Assembly: GCA_045803545.1 (NCBI GenBank)
Contig: JBJMOW010000004.1
Location: 1,139,819 to 1,203,818 of the forward strand
DNA length: 64,000 bases
Direction: 5' to 3'
Source of the DNA: Gemmatimonadaceae bacterium
GTDB lineage: Bacteria; Gemmatimonadota; Gemmatimonadetes; Gemmatimonadales; Gemmatimonadaceae
Positions within the stretch are counted from its first letter, which is position 1, and each line of letters opens with the position of its first letter. Below, piece after piece: positions 36,613-48,502 of the stretch. Under the pieces are notes generated by a model, which saw nothing but the letters and a program-made list of their open reading frames with translations, searched no databases and was not told the DNA's origin. Made by a program: the position numbers and the translations under genes.

Positions 36613-37419
36613 GTGACGACTGCCGTCGGAGACGCTTCGACCCTCCCCTCGCTCGTCGTCCATCTCCAGCGCGAGAAGGCAAAGGCGCTGGTGCGCGCAG
36701 CCTTTCCGCGACGTCGCTGGCGCATCATTTCAACCCGATCGGCCGAAGAGCTCGAGGGAATTTTCCGCAAGGTGCTCGTTGACGCGGCGCTGATCGACCT
36801 TGGATCCCCCGACGAAGACACATGGAAAGCCGCCGCCTTTGCGGCCGAGTTTCCCAGCGCCCCGTTCTTCGCCATCCTGCCGCTGCGTCCTTCCGACACG
36901 CCGGCAGTCGCACGGTGCACTGGCCTGGGTTTCATCGACGTCATTGCCGAAGGCATCGACGACAACGTCGCTCGCGATCTGGTCTATCCGCACGCGTTCT
37001 CGACTCGCTTTCGGCAGGCGCTCGTCGAGCCGCCGCACGCACTCGGTCTGAGTACGGCGCTCCAGCGTAGCGCATGGGATGTAATCGTTGCGCACTCCGG
37101 CAGACCGGTTACGACAAAAGAGCTGGCGACCGCGGTGGGATTGAGCCGTGAGCACCTTAGCCGGAATTTCGCGAAGCCAGGCGCGCCCAATTTGAAGCGT
37201 GTGATCGATCTGGTGCGCCTCATCGCCGCCGCTGAGCTGGCCAAGAACCCCGGCCACGACATTCGTGACATTGCCCGAATTCTCGAGTTCGCTTCCTCCT
37301 CCCATTTGGCCGTGACAGCGCAAAGGATTTTCGGGACGCGACCGGCCTCGCTCGCACGTCTCCGCACTACCGATTTGATCGATCGTTTTGCGCAAGGAAG
37401 AACCAGAAGCCGGAGCTAG
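36613..37419 (+). CDS. AraC-type HTH regulator with receiver-like N-terminal domain
   Basis: ELATAVGLSREHLSRNF and DIARILEFASSSHL...IFG double HTH; DAALIDL...FFAIL receiver-like fold. Confidence 0.75.
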   Translation: MTTAVGDASTLPSLVVHLQREKAKALVRAAFPRRRWRIISTRSAEELEGIFRKVLVDAALIDLGSPDEDTWKAAAFAAEFPSAPFFAILPLRPSDTPAVARCTGLGFIDVIAEGIDDNVARDLVYPHAFSTRFRQALVEPPHALGLSTALQRSAWDVIVAHSGRPVTTKELATAVGLSREHLSRNFAKPGAPNLKRVIDLVRLIAAAELAKNPGHDIRDIARILEFASSSHLAVTAQRIFGTRPASLARLRTTDLIDRFAQGRTRSRS

Positions 37420-37452
37420 CCCCGGGATGGCCCGTAAATTCCGGTGACCTTA

Positions 37453-37481
37453 TTGCTCCATTACCGAGCTTGTGATATTTT
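37453..37481 (+). promoter_or_regulatory. possible sigma70 promoter of atpAGDC
   Basis: TTGCTC, 17-bp spacer containing extended TG, TATTTT. Confidence 0.4.
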
Positions 37482-37565
37482 TCACAAGCGCCCGACAACC
37501 CTGAAAACCCTTCGCGAGACGTCCGCCCGGCGCCCCGCTTATACAGTTATCTGAGCCCATAGATC

Positions 37566-39146
37566 ATGGCCACCGACACGATCCTGCGCCCCGGCGAAAT
37601 CAAGGACATTCTCCTCCGCGAGATTGAAGCGGCGGACCTGAACGAGCTAGACGTGGAGGAGGTCGGGACCGTCCTCGAAGTGAAGGACGGTATCGCCCGC
37701 ATCTACGGTCTCAACAAGGCGATGGCCGGCGAGATGCTCGAGGTGACCTCCTCGGAGACCGGCGAGAAAGTCACCGCCCTCGCGCTCAACCTGGAAGAAG
37801 ACAACATCGGCTCGGTCATCCTCGGAGATTACCTCCAGCTGAAGGAGGGCGACGAAGTCCGCCGTACGTCGCGCGTGCTCGAAGTCCCGGTCGGACCGGA
37901 GCTCGTTGGACGAGTCGTTGACCCGCTTGGTCGCCCGCTCGATGAAGCCGGTCCACTCAACGCCAAGCTGACGCGCAAGGTGGAGTCCGAGGCCCCCGGC
38001 ATCATCGTCCGTCAGCCGGTGAAGGAGCCACTTCAGACCGGTATCAAGGCGATCGACTCGATGATTCCAATCGGACGCGGTCAGCGCGAGCTGATCATCG
38101 GAGACCGCGGCACCGGAAAGACCGCGATCGCGATCGATACCATCATCAATCAGAAGGGCACCGGCGTAATCTGCGTCTACGTCGCGATCGGCCAGAAGAA
38201 TTCGACTGTCGCCTCTGTCGTCGAGAAGCTTCGCCAGGCCGGCGCGATGGAGTACACCATTGTCGTCGTAGCCAGCGCTTCTGATCCGGCACCGATGCAG
38301 TACATCGCGCCCTACGCGGGGTGCGCGATGGCCGAGTACTTCATGTACAACGAAGGCATGCCGACGCTTTGCGTCTACGATGATCTCACCAAGCAGGCAG
38401 CCGCGTATCGACAGCTGTCGCTGGTGCTCCGCCGGCCGCCGGGTCGTGAAGCTTTCCCGGGCGACGTATTCTATCTCCACTCGCGCCTTCTCGAGCGCGC
38501 GGCGAAGCTCAGTGAGGATTCCTCGATTGTGGACGGCGATCGCATCAAGAAGCCGGGCGGATCGCTGACCGCGCTGCCAATCATCGAGACCCAGGCCGGC
38601 GACGTCTCCGCGTACATCCCGACCAATGTCATCTCGATCACCGACGGCCAGATCTTCCTCGAGGCAGATCTTTTCTTCGCGGGTGTGCGCCCGGCAGTGA
38701 ACGTCGGCATCTCCGTGTCACGCGTCGGCGGATCCGCGCAGGTGAAAGCGATGCGATCGGTGGCTGGCAGACTTCGTCTCGACCTCGCCCAGTATAGAGA
38801 GCTTGAAGCGTTCTCTTCCTTCGCGTCCGATCTCGACGCAGCTACCAAAAGGCAGCTGGAGCGCGGCGCGCGCACGGTCGAGATTCTGAAGCAGCCTCAG
38901 TATCACCCGATGGCGGTCGAGCAGCAGGTAATCGTCATCTATGCGGTAACCAACGGCCTCCTAGATGCCGTCCAAGTGCCACGCATCAGAGAGTGGGAGC
39001 GCGGCTTCCTCGAGTTCGTAGAGAAGCAGTTTCCACAGGTCGGCCAGCGAATCAAATCGGAGAAGGTACTCTCGAAGGAGACCGAAGCGGATCTCAAGAG
39101 AGCGATCGAGGCGTTCAACCAGCAGTTCGGCTCGAAGAAGCCCTAA
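37566..39146 (+). CDS. atpA: F1 ATP synthase subunit alpha
   Basis: [48 protein letters not shown] and [11 protein letters not shown]. Confidence 0.99.
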   Translation: MATDTILRPGEIKDILLREIEAADLNELDVEEVGTVLEVKDGIARIYGLNKAMAGEMLEVTSSETGEKVTALALNLEEDNIGSVILGDYLQLKEGDEVRRTSRVLEVPVGPELVGRVVDPLGRPLDEAGPLNAKLTRKVESEAPGIIVRQPVKEPLQTGIKAIDSMIPIGRGQRELIIGDRGTGKTAIAIDTIINQKGTGVICVYVAIGQKNSTVASVVEKLRQAGAMEYTIVVVASASDPAPMQYIAPYAGCAMAEYFMYNEGMPTLCVYDDLTKQAAAYRQLSLVLRRPPGREAFPGDVFYLHSRLLERAAKLSEDSSIVDGDRIKKPGGSLTALPIIETQAGDVSAYIPTNVISITDGQIFLEADLFFAGVRPAVNVGISVSRVGGSAQVKAMRSVAGRLRLDLAQYRELEAFSSFASDLDAATKRQLERGARTVEILKQPQYHPMAVEQQVIVIYAVTNGLLDAVQVPRIREWERGFLEFVEKQFPQVGQRIKSEKVLSKETEADLKRAIEAFNQQFGSKKP

Positions 39147-39149
39147 CGA

Positions 39150-41493
<2,344 letters not shown>

Positions 41494-41494
<1 letters not shown>

Positions 41495-41742
41495 TGCTGA
41501 AGGTCTCGGTAATTTCGCCGGAGGCAGTGCTGTTTGAAGGGGAGACGGATTCGGTCGTCGCCCCCGCATACGACGGCGAAGTTGGTATCCTCACCGGTCA
41601 CGCACCACTGATGGCGCTGCTTGGCAATGGCCAACTGCGTCTTGGTGCGGGGACCGGCCGCCGGTTCAATGTCACCGGCGGCTTCATGCAGGTGCTCGAC
41701 GACGAAGTCAGGGTCGTTACGGAGAAGGCGAGCGCCGCATAA
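41494..41742 (+). CDS. atpC: F1 ATP synthase subunit epsilon (short, N-terminal domain only)
   Basis: VISPE, GEVGILTGHAP and VTGGF; 82 aa. Confidence 0.95.
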
Positions 41743-41815
41743 ATACGTCGGCGCCGACGTATTTACCCCTTCCTTACGAACCGCTTACGGGTATGTAAAC
41801 TCTCGTAAACGTTGG

Positions 41816-41845
41816 TTGACATTGCCGTTACAATGCGCCTAAGTT
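41816..41845 (+). promoter_or_regulatory. sigma70 promoter of susCD-1
   Basis: TTGACA, 18-bp spacer, TAAGTT. Confidence 0.55.
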
Positions 41846-42039
41846 CTGGGGATATAGGCACTCCCGAAGGTCCCGGGCTGGGGACTTCGGGTTTTCGGCT
41901 TGGCATTCGACACTCACGCGCATTGGCGCGGGATACGATCGAATGCAATGACATAGTCGCAGGCGGGAGCGATCGGGCTGGATCGCTTCCTCCGTACGCG
42001 ACACGTCCCATCCCAGTTTCACTTTCTGCGAGGTGTTGT

Positions 42040-45000
42040 ATGGGAATGACAGGTAAGTTCACTCGCTTCCTTGTGATAGCGAGCGCGTTCGGGTTTGCCC
42101 CGGCGCTTGCGCAGGCGCAAGGAACGACCATCAGCGGCCAGGTTACGGGCGCAGGTGGAGCACCAATTGTCGGCGCGAGCGTCAGTATTCCGACGCTGCG
42201 CGTTGGCGCCTTCACTGACGAGACGGGCCACTTTACGTTCACGGCTCCTCCGTCTGCGAATGGAACCACTGTAACAGTAGTCTCGCGCCGACTCGGCTAT
42301 CAGCCGAGCTCCGCATCGGTAACGCTCTCGGGCGCTCCGGTTACGCAGAACTTCAGCCTTTCTGCGGCAGCCACTGAGCTTCAGGGAGTCGTCGTCACTG
42401 CACTCGGTCTGGCAAGAGAGAAAAGCCAACTCGGAACGGCCCAGCAACAACTGAGCTCGGCCGAGCTGAATCAGACCAAAGCACTCAACGTCGTCGACCA
42501 GCTCGAAGGCAAGGTTTCCGGTGTCGCAATTACCGGATCCGGCACTCAGGGCGGTTCGTCGAGCATCGTGATTCGCGGATCCAACTCGATTACGGGCACT
42601 AACCAACCGCTATTCGTCGTCGATGGTATGCCGGTCGCCAACAAGGGCCGTGGCGGTGATCCTAACGGTGGTTACGACTTCGGCAGCACGATCTCCGACC
42701 TGAATCCGGAAGACATTGCCACGATGTCCGTCCTCAAGGGACCGAACGCGGCGGCACTCTACGGTTCACGTGCGGCGAACGGCGTCATCGTCATCACGAC
42801 CAAAAAGGGTGGTTCGACCGGAAATCGCGCTCGTACCGAGCTAGCGACGACCTACACCTGGGACGCGCCGTCGATTCTTCCATCTTACCAGAACCTCTAT
42901 GGTCAGGGAGCGGGCGGCGAGTTCAGTTATTTCGATGGTCAGGGCAACGGCACGAACGACTGGGCCGATCAGAGCTTCGGACCCAAGCTCGATGGCCGAA
43001 TGTATGGTTGCACGTTCGTCAGTGGCACCACGACGTACGATCAGGCATCCCCATGCCTCCAGTTCACCAGCCCGAACCAGGCTTCGCCCTGGATCGCGCA
43101 TCCTGACAACGTATCCAGCTTCTTCAACACTGGTCACACGCGCTCGACAACGCTCGCATTCAGCGGCGGCAACGATCGCGCGAACGCCCGCGTCTCCTTG
43201 GGCAGGGACAACGTGACCGGCTACATCCCGAACAACGATTTCTCGAAGACTTCGGGGATGCTGAACGGATCGCTGCGTGTCACCGACCGTCTGAGCACGG
43301 ATGCGACGCTGCAATACATCCACAACGCCGCATTGAATCGCCCGGGCACTGGTTACAACACCGGTATCCTGGAGACCTTCGTCTGGTTCGGACGCCAGGT
43401 TGATATGAACGCACTGCGCGACTATCAGCAGGGTGCCATCACGAACAATGGGCCGTCGAACCGCGAGTACAACTGGAACTACAACTTCCACAACAATCCG
43501 TTCTGGAGAATGTACGAGAACCCGGTCACGGATAGCCGAGATCGGTTCCTCGGAACGGTGTCGGCGAACTACAGATTGTTCGAAGGCGCCAACCTGATCG
43601 CGCGTACGGGCTCGGACGTCTATCGTCTCGGCATCGATGAGCATTTCGCCGAGGGCAACATTCAGGACAACGTTTCCGTTCCGGGAGCGACGGGAGTTCT
43701 GATCGACCCGCGCTATCACGGCGGCTTTTCCCAGCTGGGTGACTACAGCAACCAGAACACGAGCGACCTGATCATGACGATCGCGCGCGGACTGGGGACG
43801 CACCTTGCGCTCAACTCCACCCTTGGTGGCAGTGTGCGCAGAGAGCGCTTCGACAACAACGCCGTCGCGACGCCGGGACTTTCAGTCGCCGACATTTACA
43901 ACGTGTCGAACGCTGCGGTTTCGCCGCAGAACGAGCAGTTCACTTCCCGTCGTCAGGTCAACAGCCTCTACGGCTCGGCCGCTTTCACTCTTAACAACTG
44001 GTGGACCGTCGAAGGAACGGCCAGAAACGACTGGTCCTCGACTCTGCCAAAAGGCGCGAACTCGTACTTCTATCCGTCGGTCAACACTTCGATCGTGTTG
44101 AGCGATGCAATTCCAGCGCTGAGAAACGGGGGCTTCCTCAACTATGCGAAGCTCCGTGCCTCGACGGCGCGTGTGGGTAACGACGCTGATCCGTATCAGC
44201 TGCGTTCGACCTACACGGGTGTGTCGACCAAGTTCAATAGTCTGCCGCAGTTCACGCTGCAGAACTTCATTGCCAACTCGGACCTCAAGCCCGAAGAGAC
44301 GAAGTCGAACGAATTCGGTCTTGAGCTTTCATTCCTCGATGGTCGCGTGACGTTCGACGGAAGCGTCTACGACAAGAAGACCAGAAATCAGATCTTCACG
44401 ATTCCGGTTTCCGCAACTTCCGGTTTCTCTTCGAAGGCAGTCAACGCCGGCCAGATCAGCAACAAGGGAACGGACTTCCTGCTTGGTGTGACTCCGCTTC
44501 AGCTGAACAACGGCCTGCAGTGGACGTCGACCTTCAATTACTCACGTAACAAGAGTATGGTCGACGAGCTCGCTCCGGGCATCACCACTTACGTGATCGG
44601 TTCGAGCTGGTATACCAACATTGAAGCGCGCCAGGGTCAGCCTTACGGCTCGATCTTCGGCTACGCTTTCGATCGGGATCCGCAGACCCATAAGATCTTC
44701 ACAGACGGCGGTCTGACGGTACTCGGTGGACGCGAGGTCCTAGGTAATATCCAGCCGAAGTGGACCGGCGGCTGGAACAACACGATCAACTACAAGAACT
44801 TCACTGTCAGCGCGCTGCTCGACTTCCGTCGTGGTGGCAACGTTGTCAGCATCACCAACTTCTTCGGCGATTACTCCGGCGTCACCGCGCAGTCATTGCG
44901 CGGTCGCGAGCAGGATTGGGACAAGCCGGGCATTGTTGTCGATGGCATCGACGTCAATACCTGCGACCAGGCCTTCTTCGATGGCACCGGTCCGTGCAAC

Positions 45001-45321
45001 GGACAGGCAAACACCACCAACGTCACGGCCGAAAGGTACTTCCAGAACATCTTCCCGGTGATGGAGCCGTACGTCTACGATGCGAGCTACACGAAGCTTC
45101 GTGAACTGCGTTTCGGCTTCGATTTGCCAAGCGAGTGGGCGGGCCGCTTCAACGCTCGCGCCATCAGCGTGGCGCTCACTGGTCGGAACCTTCACACGTG
45201 GACCAGAGTACCGAATATCGATCCTGAGTTCTCCTATACGATTGGAAACTTCCAGGGTGTCGAGTTCGGTGCGCTACCGAACACACGGAGCTGGGGTTTG
45301 AGCTTCCGTGTAACGCCGTAA
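42040..45321 (+). CDS. SusC/RagA family TonB-dependent transporter (1)
   Basis: CarboxypepD-like N-domain, VVVTALG TonB box, PLFVVDG, VLKGPNAAALYGSRAANGVIVITTK, LKPEET and YTKLREL. Confidence 0.96.
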   Translation: MGMTGKFTRFLVIASAFGFAPALAQAQGTTISGQVTGAGGAPIVGASVSIPTLRVGAFTDETGHFTFTAPPSANGTTVTVVSRRLGYQPSSASVTLSGAPVTQNFSLSAAATELQGVVVTALGLAREKSQLGTAQQQLSSAELNQTKALNVVDQLEGKVSGVAITGSGTQGGSSSIVIRGSNSITGTNQPLFVVDGMPVANKGRGGDPNGGYDFGSTISDLNPEDIATMSVLKGPNAAALYGSRAANGVIVITTKKGGSTGNRARTELATTYTWDAPSILPSYQNLYGQGAGGEFSYFDGQGNGTNDWADQSFGPKLDGRMYGCTFVSGTTTYDQASPCLQFTSPNQASPWIAHPDNVSSFFNTGHTRSTTLAFSGGNDRANARVSLGRDNVTGYIPNNDFSKTSGMLNGSLRVTDRLSTDATLQYIHNAALNRPGTGYNTGILETFVWFGRQVDMNALRDYQQGAITNNGPSNREYNWNYNFHNNPFWRMYENPVTDSRDRFLGTVSANYRLFEGANLIARTGSDVYRLGIDEHFAEGNIQDNVSVPGATGVLIDPRYHGGFSQLGDYSNQNTSDLIMTIARGLGTHLALNSTLGGSVRRERFDNNAVATPGLSVADIYNVSNAAVSPQNEQFTSRRQVNSLYGSAAFTLNNWWTVEGTARNDWSSTLPKGANSYFYPSVNTSIVLSDAIPALRNGGFLNYAKLRASTARVGNDADPYQLRSTYTGVSTKFNSLPQFTLQNFIANSDLKPEETKSNEFGLELSFLDGRVTFDGSVYDKKTRNQIFTIPVSATSGFSSKAVNAGQISNKGTDFLLGVTPLQLNNGLQWTSTFNYSRNKSMVDELAPGITTYVIGSSWYTNIEARQGQPYGSIFGYAFDRDPQTHKIFTDGGLTVLGGREVLGNIQPKWTGGWNNTINYKNFTVSALLDFRRGGNVVSITNFFGDYSGVTAQSLRGREQDWDKPGIVVDGIDVNTCDQAFFDGTGPCNGQANTTNVTAERYFQNIFPVMEPYVYDASYTKLRELRFGFDLPSEWAGRFNARAISVALTGRNLHTWTRVPNIDPEFSYTIGNFQGVEFGALPNTRSWGLSFRVTP

Positions 45322-45346
45322 CCGGCCCATCCGAGACAATGACACA

Positions 45347-46921
45347 ATGATGACTAGAAAACTTCTCACGGTCGGTTGCGGCCTTGCCGTCGCGGTTGTC
45401 ACCGCAGCGTGCAACACCGACAACCTGACCAATCTCAACAAGAATCCGAACAATCCGGAGGACGTGCCGGCGTCAACGCTGTTCACCACAGCGACCGTCG
45501 ATGCGGCCGGCCGATGGTTCGGCGGCTATGACCTCCGCGCAACGGAGTTCGTGGTGCAGCACCTCGCTGAGGTGCAGTATCCCGACGAAGATCGCTACAC
45601 CCGTCTAACGGGTGGTTCGACGGCGACTTACTTCGACAATCCCTACAACACTCACCTCGAGGATTTCCAGAAGGTGATTGACAAGGGTGAAGCAGCCAGC
45701 GAGCCGGGGATATATGGACCGGCCCTGGCGATGAGGACGTGGAGCTTCTCGTACCTCACCAACACGTGGGGAGACGTACCGTACTTCGATGCTCTCAAGG
45801 GCGATGCGACGGGCGGCAGTCTCTCGCCGAAGTACGATGCGCAGAAAGACATCTACGCTGACTTCTTCGTGCAGTTGGACAAGGTCAGCAAGGATATTGC
45901 GGGGGCCGGCGCCGGCGCGGCAACGCTCGGCAACGGCGATCCGATTTATGGAGGCGATATCAACGAGTGGCAGAAGTTCGCCAACTCGCTGCGTGCCAGA
46001 CTCGCGTTGCTACTCATCAACAAGGATCCGGCAACGGCGAACGCGCAGCTCACCGCAGCATTCGCGGCTCCGGGCGGTCTGATCACGGACAATGCCGACA
46101 ACGCTCAGCTGAATTGGCCGGGCGACGGTATTTACAACAACCCGTGGGCGAACTTCTTCTCGACCCGCGACGACAATCGCACTTCGTTGGTTCTGATCAA
46201 TCTGTTGAAGTCGCTCAATGATCCAAGGCTTTCGCTGTACGCGCAGCCGGCGCCGGATGATGACACGTTCAAAGGCGCGCCAAACGGGCTGACCGCGGAG
46301 AAAGCAGCTGTCTACATCTGCTGCTCGTCGCGTATCGGTGCGGCGCTGTTTCCGGGCGCGACTGCGTACGGTTTTTTCGGTGGAAACGGCAACAGCTTCC
46401 CGTCGTTCCTGATCACCGCCGCCGAGGTCAATTTGATCAAGGCGGAAGCGGCGCAGAGAGGGCTTGGCGGACTGACTCCGGCGCAGGCTGCCGGGTTCTA
46501 TGACGCCGGCATAACCGCCTCGATCGAACAGTGGGGCGGAAGTGCGGCGGATGCAGCCGCTTACCTCGCACAGCCCGGTGTGGTTTACACTCCCGGCACC
46601 GCTGGTCTGGTGCAGATTGCCCAGCAGAAGTGGCTGGCGCTCTATACCGATGGTGGAACGGCGTGGGCTGAATGGCGCCGTACCTGCGTCCCGTACGACG
46701 TCAAGCCGGGCGCAGATGCGAGCCGTTCGAACATTCCGCGTCGGTTCATGTATTCGTCGAACGAGACTTCGGTAAACAGCACCAATCTCGATGCGGCGAT
46801 TGCGGCGCAGGGCCCCGACACGTTCGAGTCGCGCATGTACTGGGACACCGCGCCCAGTGCTGCTCCGACGTATCCGACAACGTTCACCTGCGGCGATCGC
46901 AATACCGCGCCGTCGCCGTAA
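45347..46921 (+). CDS. SusD/RagB family lipoprotein (1)
   Basis: TAAC lipobox, NKNPN, WGDVPY, WQKFANSLRAR, DPRL, QKWLALY and AWAEWRRT. Confidence 0.95.
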   Translation: MMTRKLLTVGCGLAVAVVTAACNTDNLTNLNKNPNNPEDVPASTLFTTATVDAAGRWFGGYDLRATEFVVQHLAEVQYPDEDRYTRLTGGSTATYFDNPYNTHLEDFQKVIDKGEAASEPGIYGPALAMRTWSFSYLTNTWGDVPYFDALKGDATGGSLSPKYDAQKDIYADFFVQLDKVSKDIAGAGAGAATLGNGDPIYGGDINEWQKFANSLRARLALLLINKDPATANAQLTAAFAAPGGLITDNADNAQLNWPGDGIYNNPWANFFSTRDDNRTSLVLINLLKSLNDPRLSLYAQPAPDDDTFKGAPNGLTAEKAAVYICCSSRIGAALFPGATAYGFFGGNGNSFPSFLITAAEVNLIKAEAAQRGLGGLTPAQAAGFYDAGITASIEQWGGSAADAAAYLAQPGVVYTPGTAGLVQIAQQKWLALYTDGGTAWAEWRRTCVPYDVKPGADASRSNIPRRFMYSSNETSVNSTNLDAAIAAQGPDTFESRMYWDTAPSAAPTYPTTFTCGDRNTAPSP

Positions 46922-46936
46922 GGGCTGGCGCTCTGG

Positions 46937-46977
46937 AAATCAAAAGCCCCTCGATCTCTCGAGGGGCTTTTGATTTT
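46937..46977. terminator. bidirectional intrinsic terminator
   Basis: aaatcaaaagcccctcga-tctc-tcgaggggcttttgatttt. Confidence 0.9.
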
Positions 46978-47181
46978 AGAGAACTGCGAGCTCATAAACC
47001 AAAGTCGGCATTGTGCCGACTCACAGTTGGCAGTCTGCAGTCTCTGTTACACGCGTCGAAGCTCAATCCGCTTTAGACGCGTGTATGAAAACTGCCAACT
47101 CCAATCTTTGACCTCTGCCAACTGCCGACTTCAGTTGAGGAGATGTCAGCGGAAACTAACCGTTCTCAAAATGCAGGAGCC

Positions 47182-47913
47182 CTACTGTCGGCGGCTCCAG
47201 ATCACGATCGTCCCGCAGGCGCGTGTCTCGCGATCCATGTACTGCGGCGGTGTCCCGGCCCATGACGGGTAGACTTCAATCGCCGCAACCTCGTCGACGT
47301 TTGCCACCTCGTCGACTTCGGTGTCCTGCGTCTTCACGCCGTCAACCCAAATGCGCGGCTGGCAGCCGCGAAGCGTAATCGTATTTCCGATTCTGCGTGA
47401 AACCTGAATGCGTGCGCCGGGGATGTCTCTGAATAGCTCGCTCACGTAGCGCGGATTCTTTTTCTTGATCTCGGGGAGGTCAATGAAGTAGCCGAAGTTG
47501 TTGGTCTGTTTGTGGAAGTAAAACTCTTCCATCCGTCCCCGCTGTCCCTCGACCTGCACCGTATCGAGCTCGTCGGTGAGGCTCTCGAGATCGATCTTGA
47601 GGGGGGTGCCGGCGGCCGCCTTGTACAAGTCGAGAGGGACCGTTCGCGCGCGATATCCCATCCTTCGGACTACCAGCTTTCCCTGCCCAAGTCGAACGTC
47701 TGAAAAAGCGAATTTGCCGTCGTTGTCAGCGCGTGCGAAAACCGGCTGGGCGCCGTCGAGGGTGAGACCTATTTCTGCACTCGGAATCGGCGCATCGGCG
47801 CCATCGACGATCTGTCCAGAGATCGTGACAGTTTTAGCAGGCTGCTGGCTGTGGGCGAGAATGGGCGCTGCCGTGACGCTGCACAGCAGGAGAAGGGAGC
47901 GTCCAATACGCAT
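47182..47913 (-). CDS. secreted carboxypeptidase-regulatory-like domain plus TonB plug-like protein, no barrel
   Basis: GQIVDGADAPIPSAEI, RRMGY, LDTVQVEG, GYFID..EI, SELFRDIPG, CQPRIWVDG, IEVYP and CGTIVIWSR. Confidence 0.8.
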   Translation of the reverse strand: MRIGRSLLLLCSVTAAPILAHSQQPAKTVTISGQIVDGADAPIPSAEIGLTLDGAQPVFARADNDGKFAFSDVRLGQGKLVVRRMGYRARTVPLDLYKAAAGTPLKIDLESLTDELDTVQVEGQRGRMEEFYFHKQTNNFGYFIDLPEIKKKNPRYVSELFRDIPGARIQVSRRIGNTITLRGCQPRIWVDGVKTQDTEVDEVANVDEVAAIEVYPSWAGTPPQYMDRETRACGTIVIWSRRQ

Positions 47914-48076
47914 TCAAACTCCTCGGGCGGGTGTTTACCTTCAGCACGTTCTCTCTGGTGCGGCGCATTGTCAAGCTGAAGTCGGCCACCGACGGTGAAT
48001 CGAGGTTGAAAAACTGCAGGGGTTGGCTTGCGAATTGCGCCGCTTCAGGCCATAACATCATTACCCACAATCGCTT

Positions 48077-48502
48077 ATGGCTGACGCATCGCATCCTCCG
48101 ATTCTCGTCGTCGATGATAACCCCGATAACGCGCACATTATTCGGGATTATCTGGAGGCAAAAGGGTACCCCGTTACCGTCGCCTACAATGGCGATGACG
48201 CATTGAAGGCATTCGATCAGATCAAACCTTCTCTGGTTCTGCTCGACGTGATGATGCCGGGCCGGGATGGGTGGCAGGTTTGTCGTGAGATCAAAAGCCA
48301 TCCGACCCTGGGCAAGAGTGTACGGGTCGTGATGGTGACCGCGCTCGACGACTGGGTCAACAAGCGCCAGGCGCTGCAGACGGGCGCCGATGATTTCGTC
48401 GAGAAGCCGTTCGAGCTGCCGAAGCTCGCCGCCGCGGTCGAGCGGAATCTGAAGCTGCTGTCGTCGACAGCGAACGCCGGCACCGTTAGCGCGCGCAATT
48501 GA
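48077..48502 (+). CDS. single-domain response regulator
   Basis: ILVVDD, LLDVMMPGRDG, MVTA and GADDFVEKP. Confidence 0.93.
   Translation: MADASHPPILVVDDNPDNAHIIRDYLEAKGYPVTVAYNGDDALKAFDQIKPSLVLLDVMMPGRDGWQVCREIKSHPTLGKSVRVVMVTALDDWVNKRQALQTGADDFVEKPFELPKLAAAVERNLKLLSSTANAGTVSARN

Noticed and set aside
41812..42039. 76-aa N-terminal extension of SusC-1
   Set aside because: The extension overlaps the predicted promoter; the GAGG RBS and signal peptide begin at 42040.
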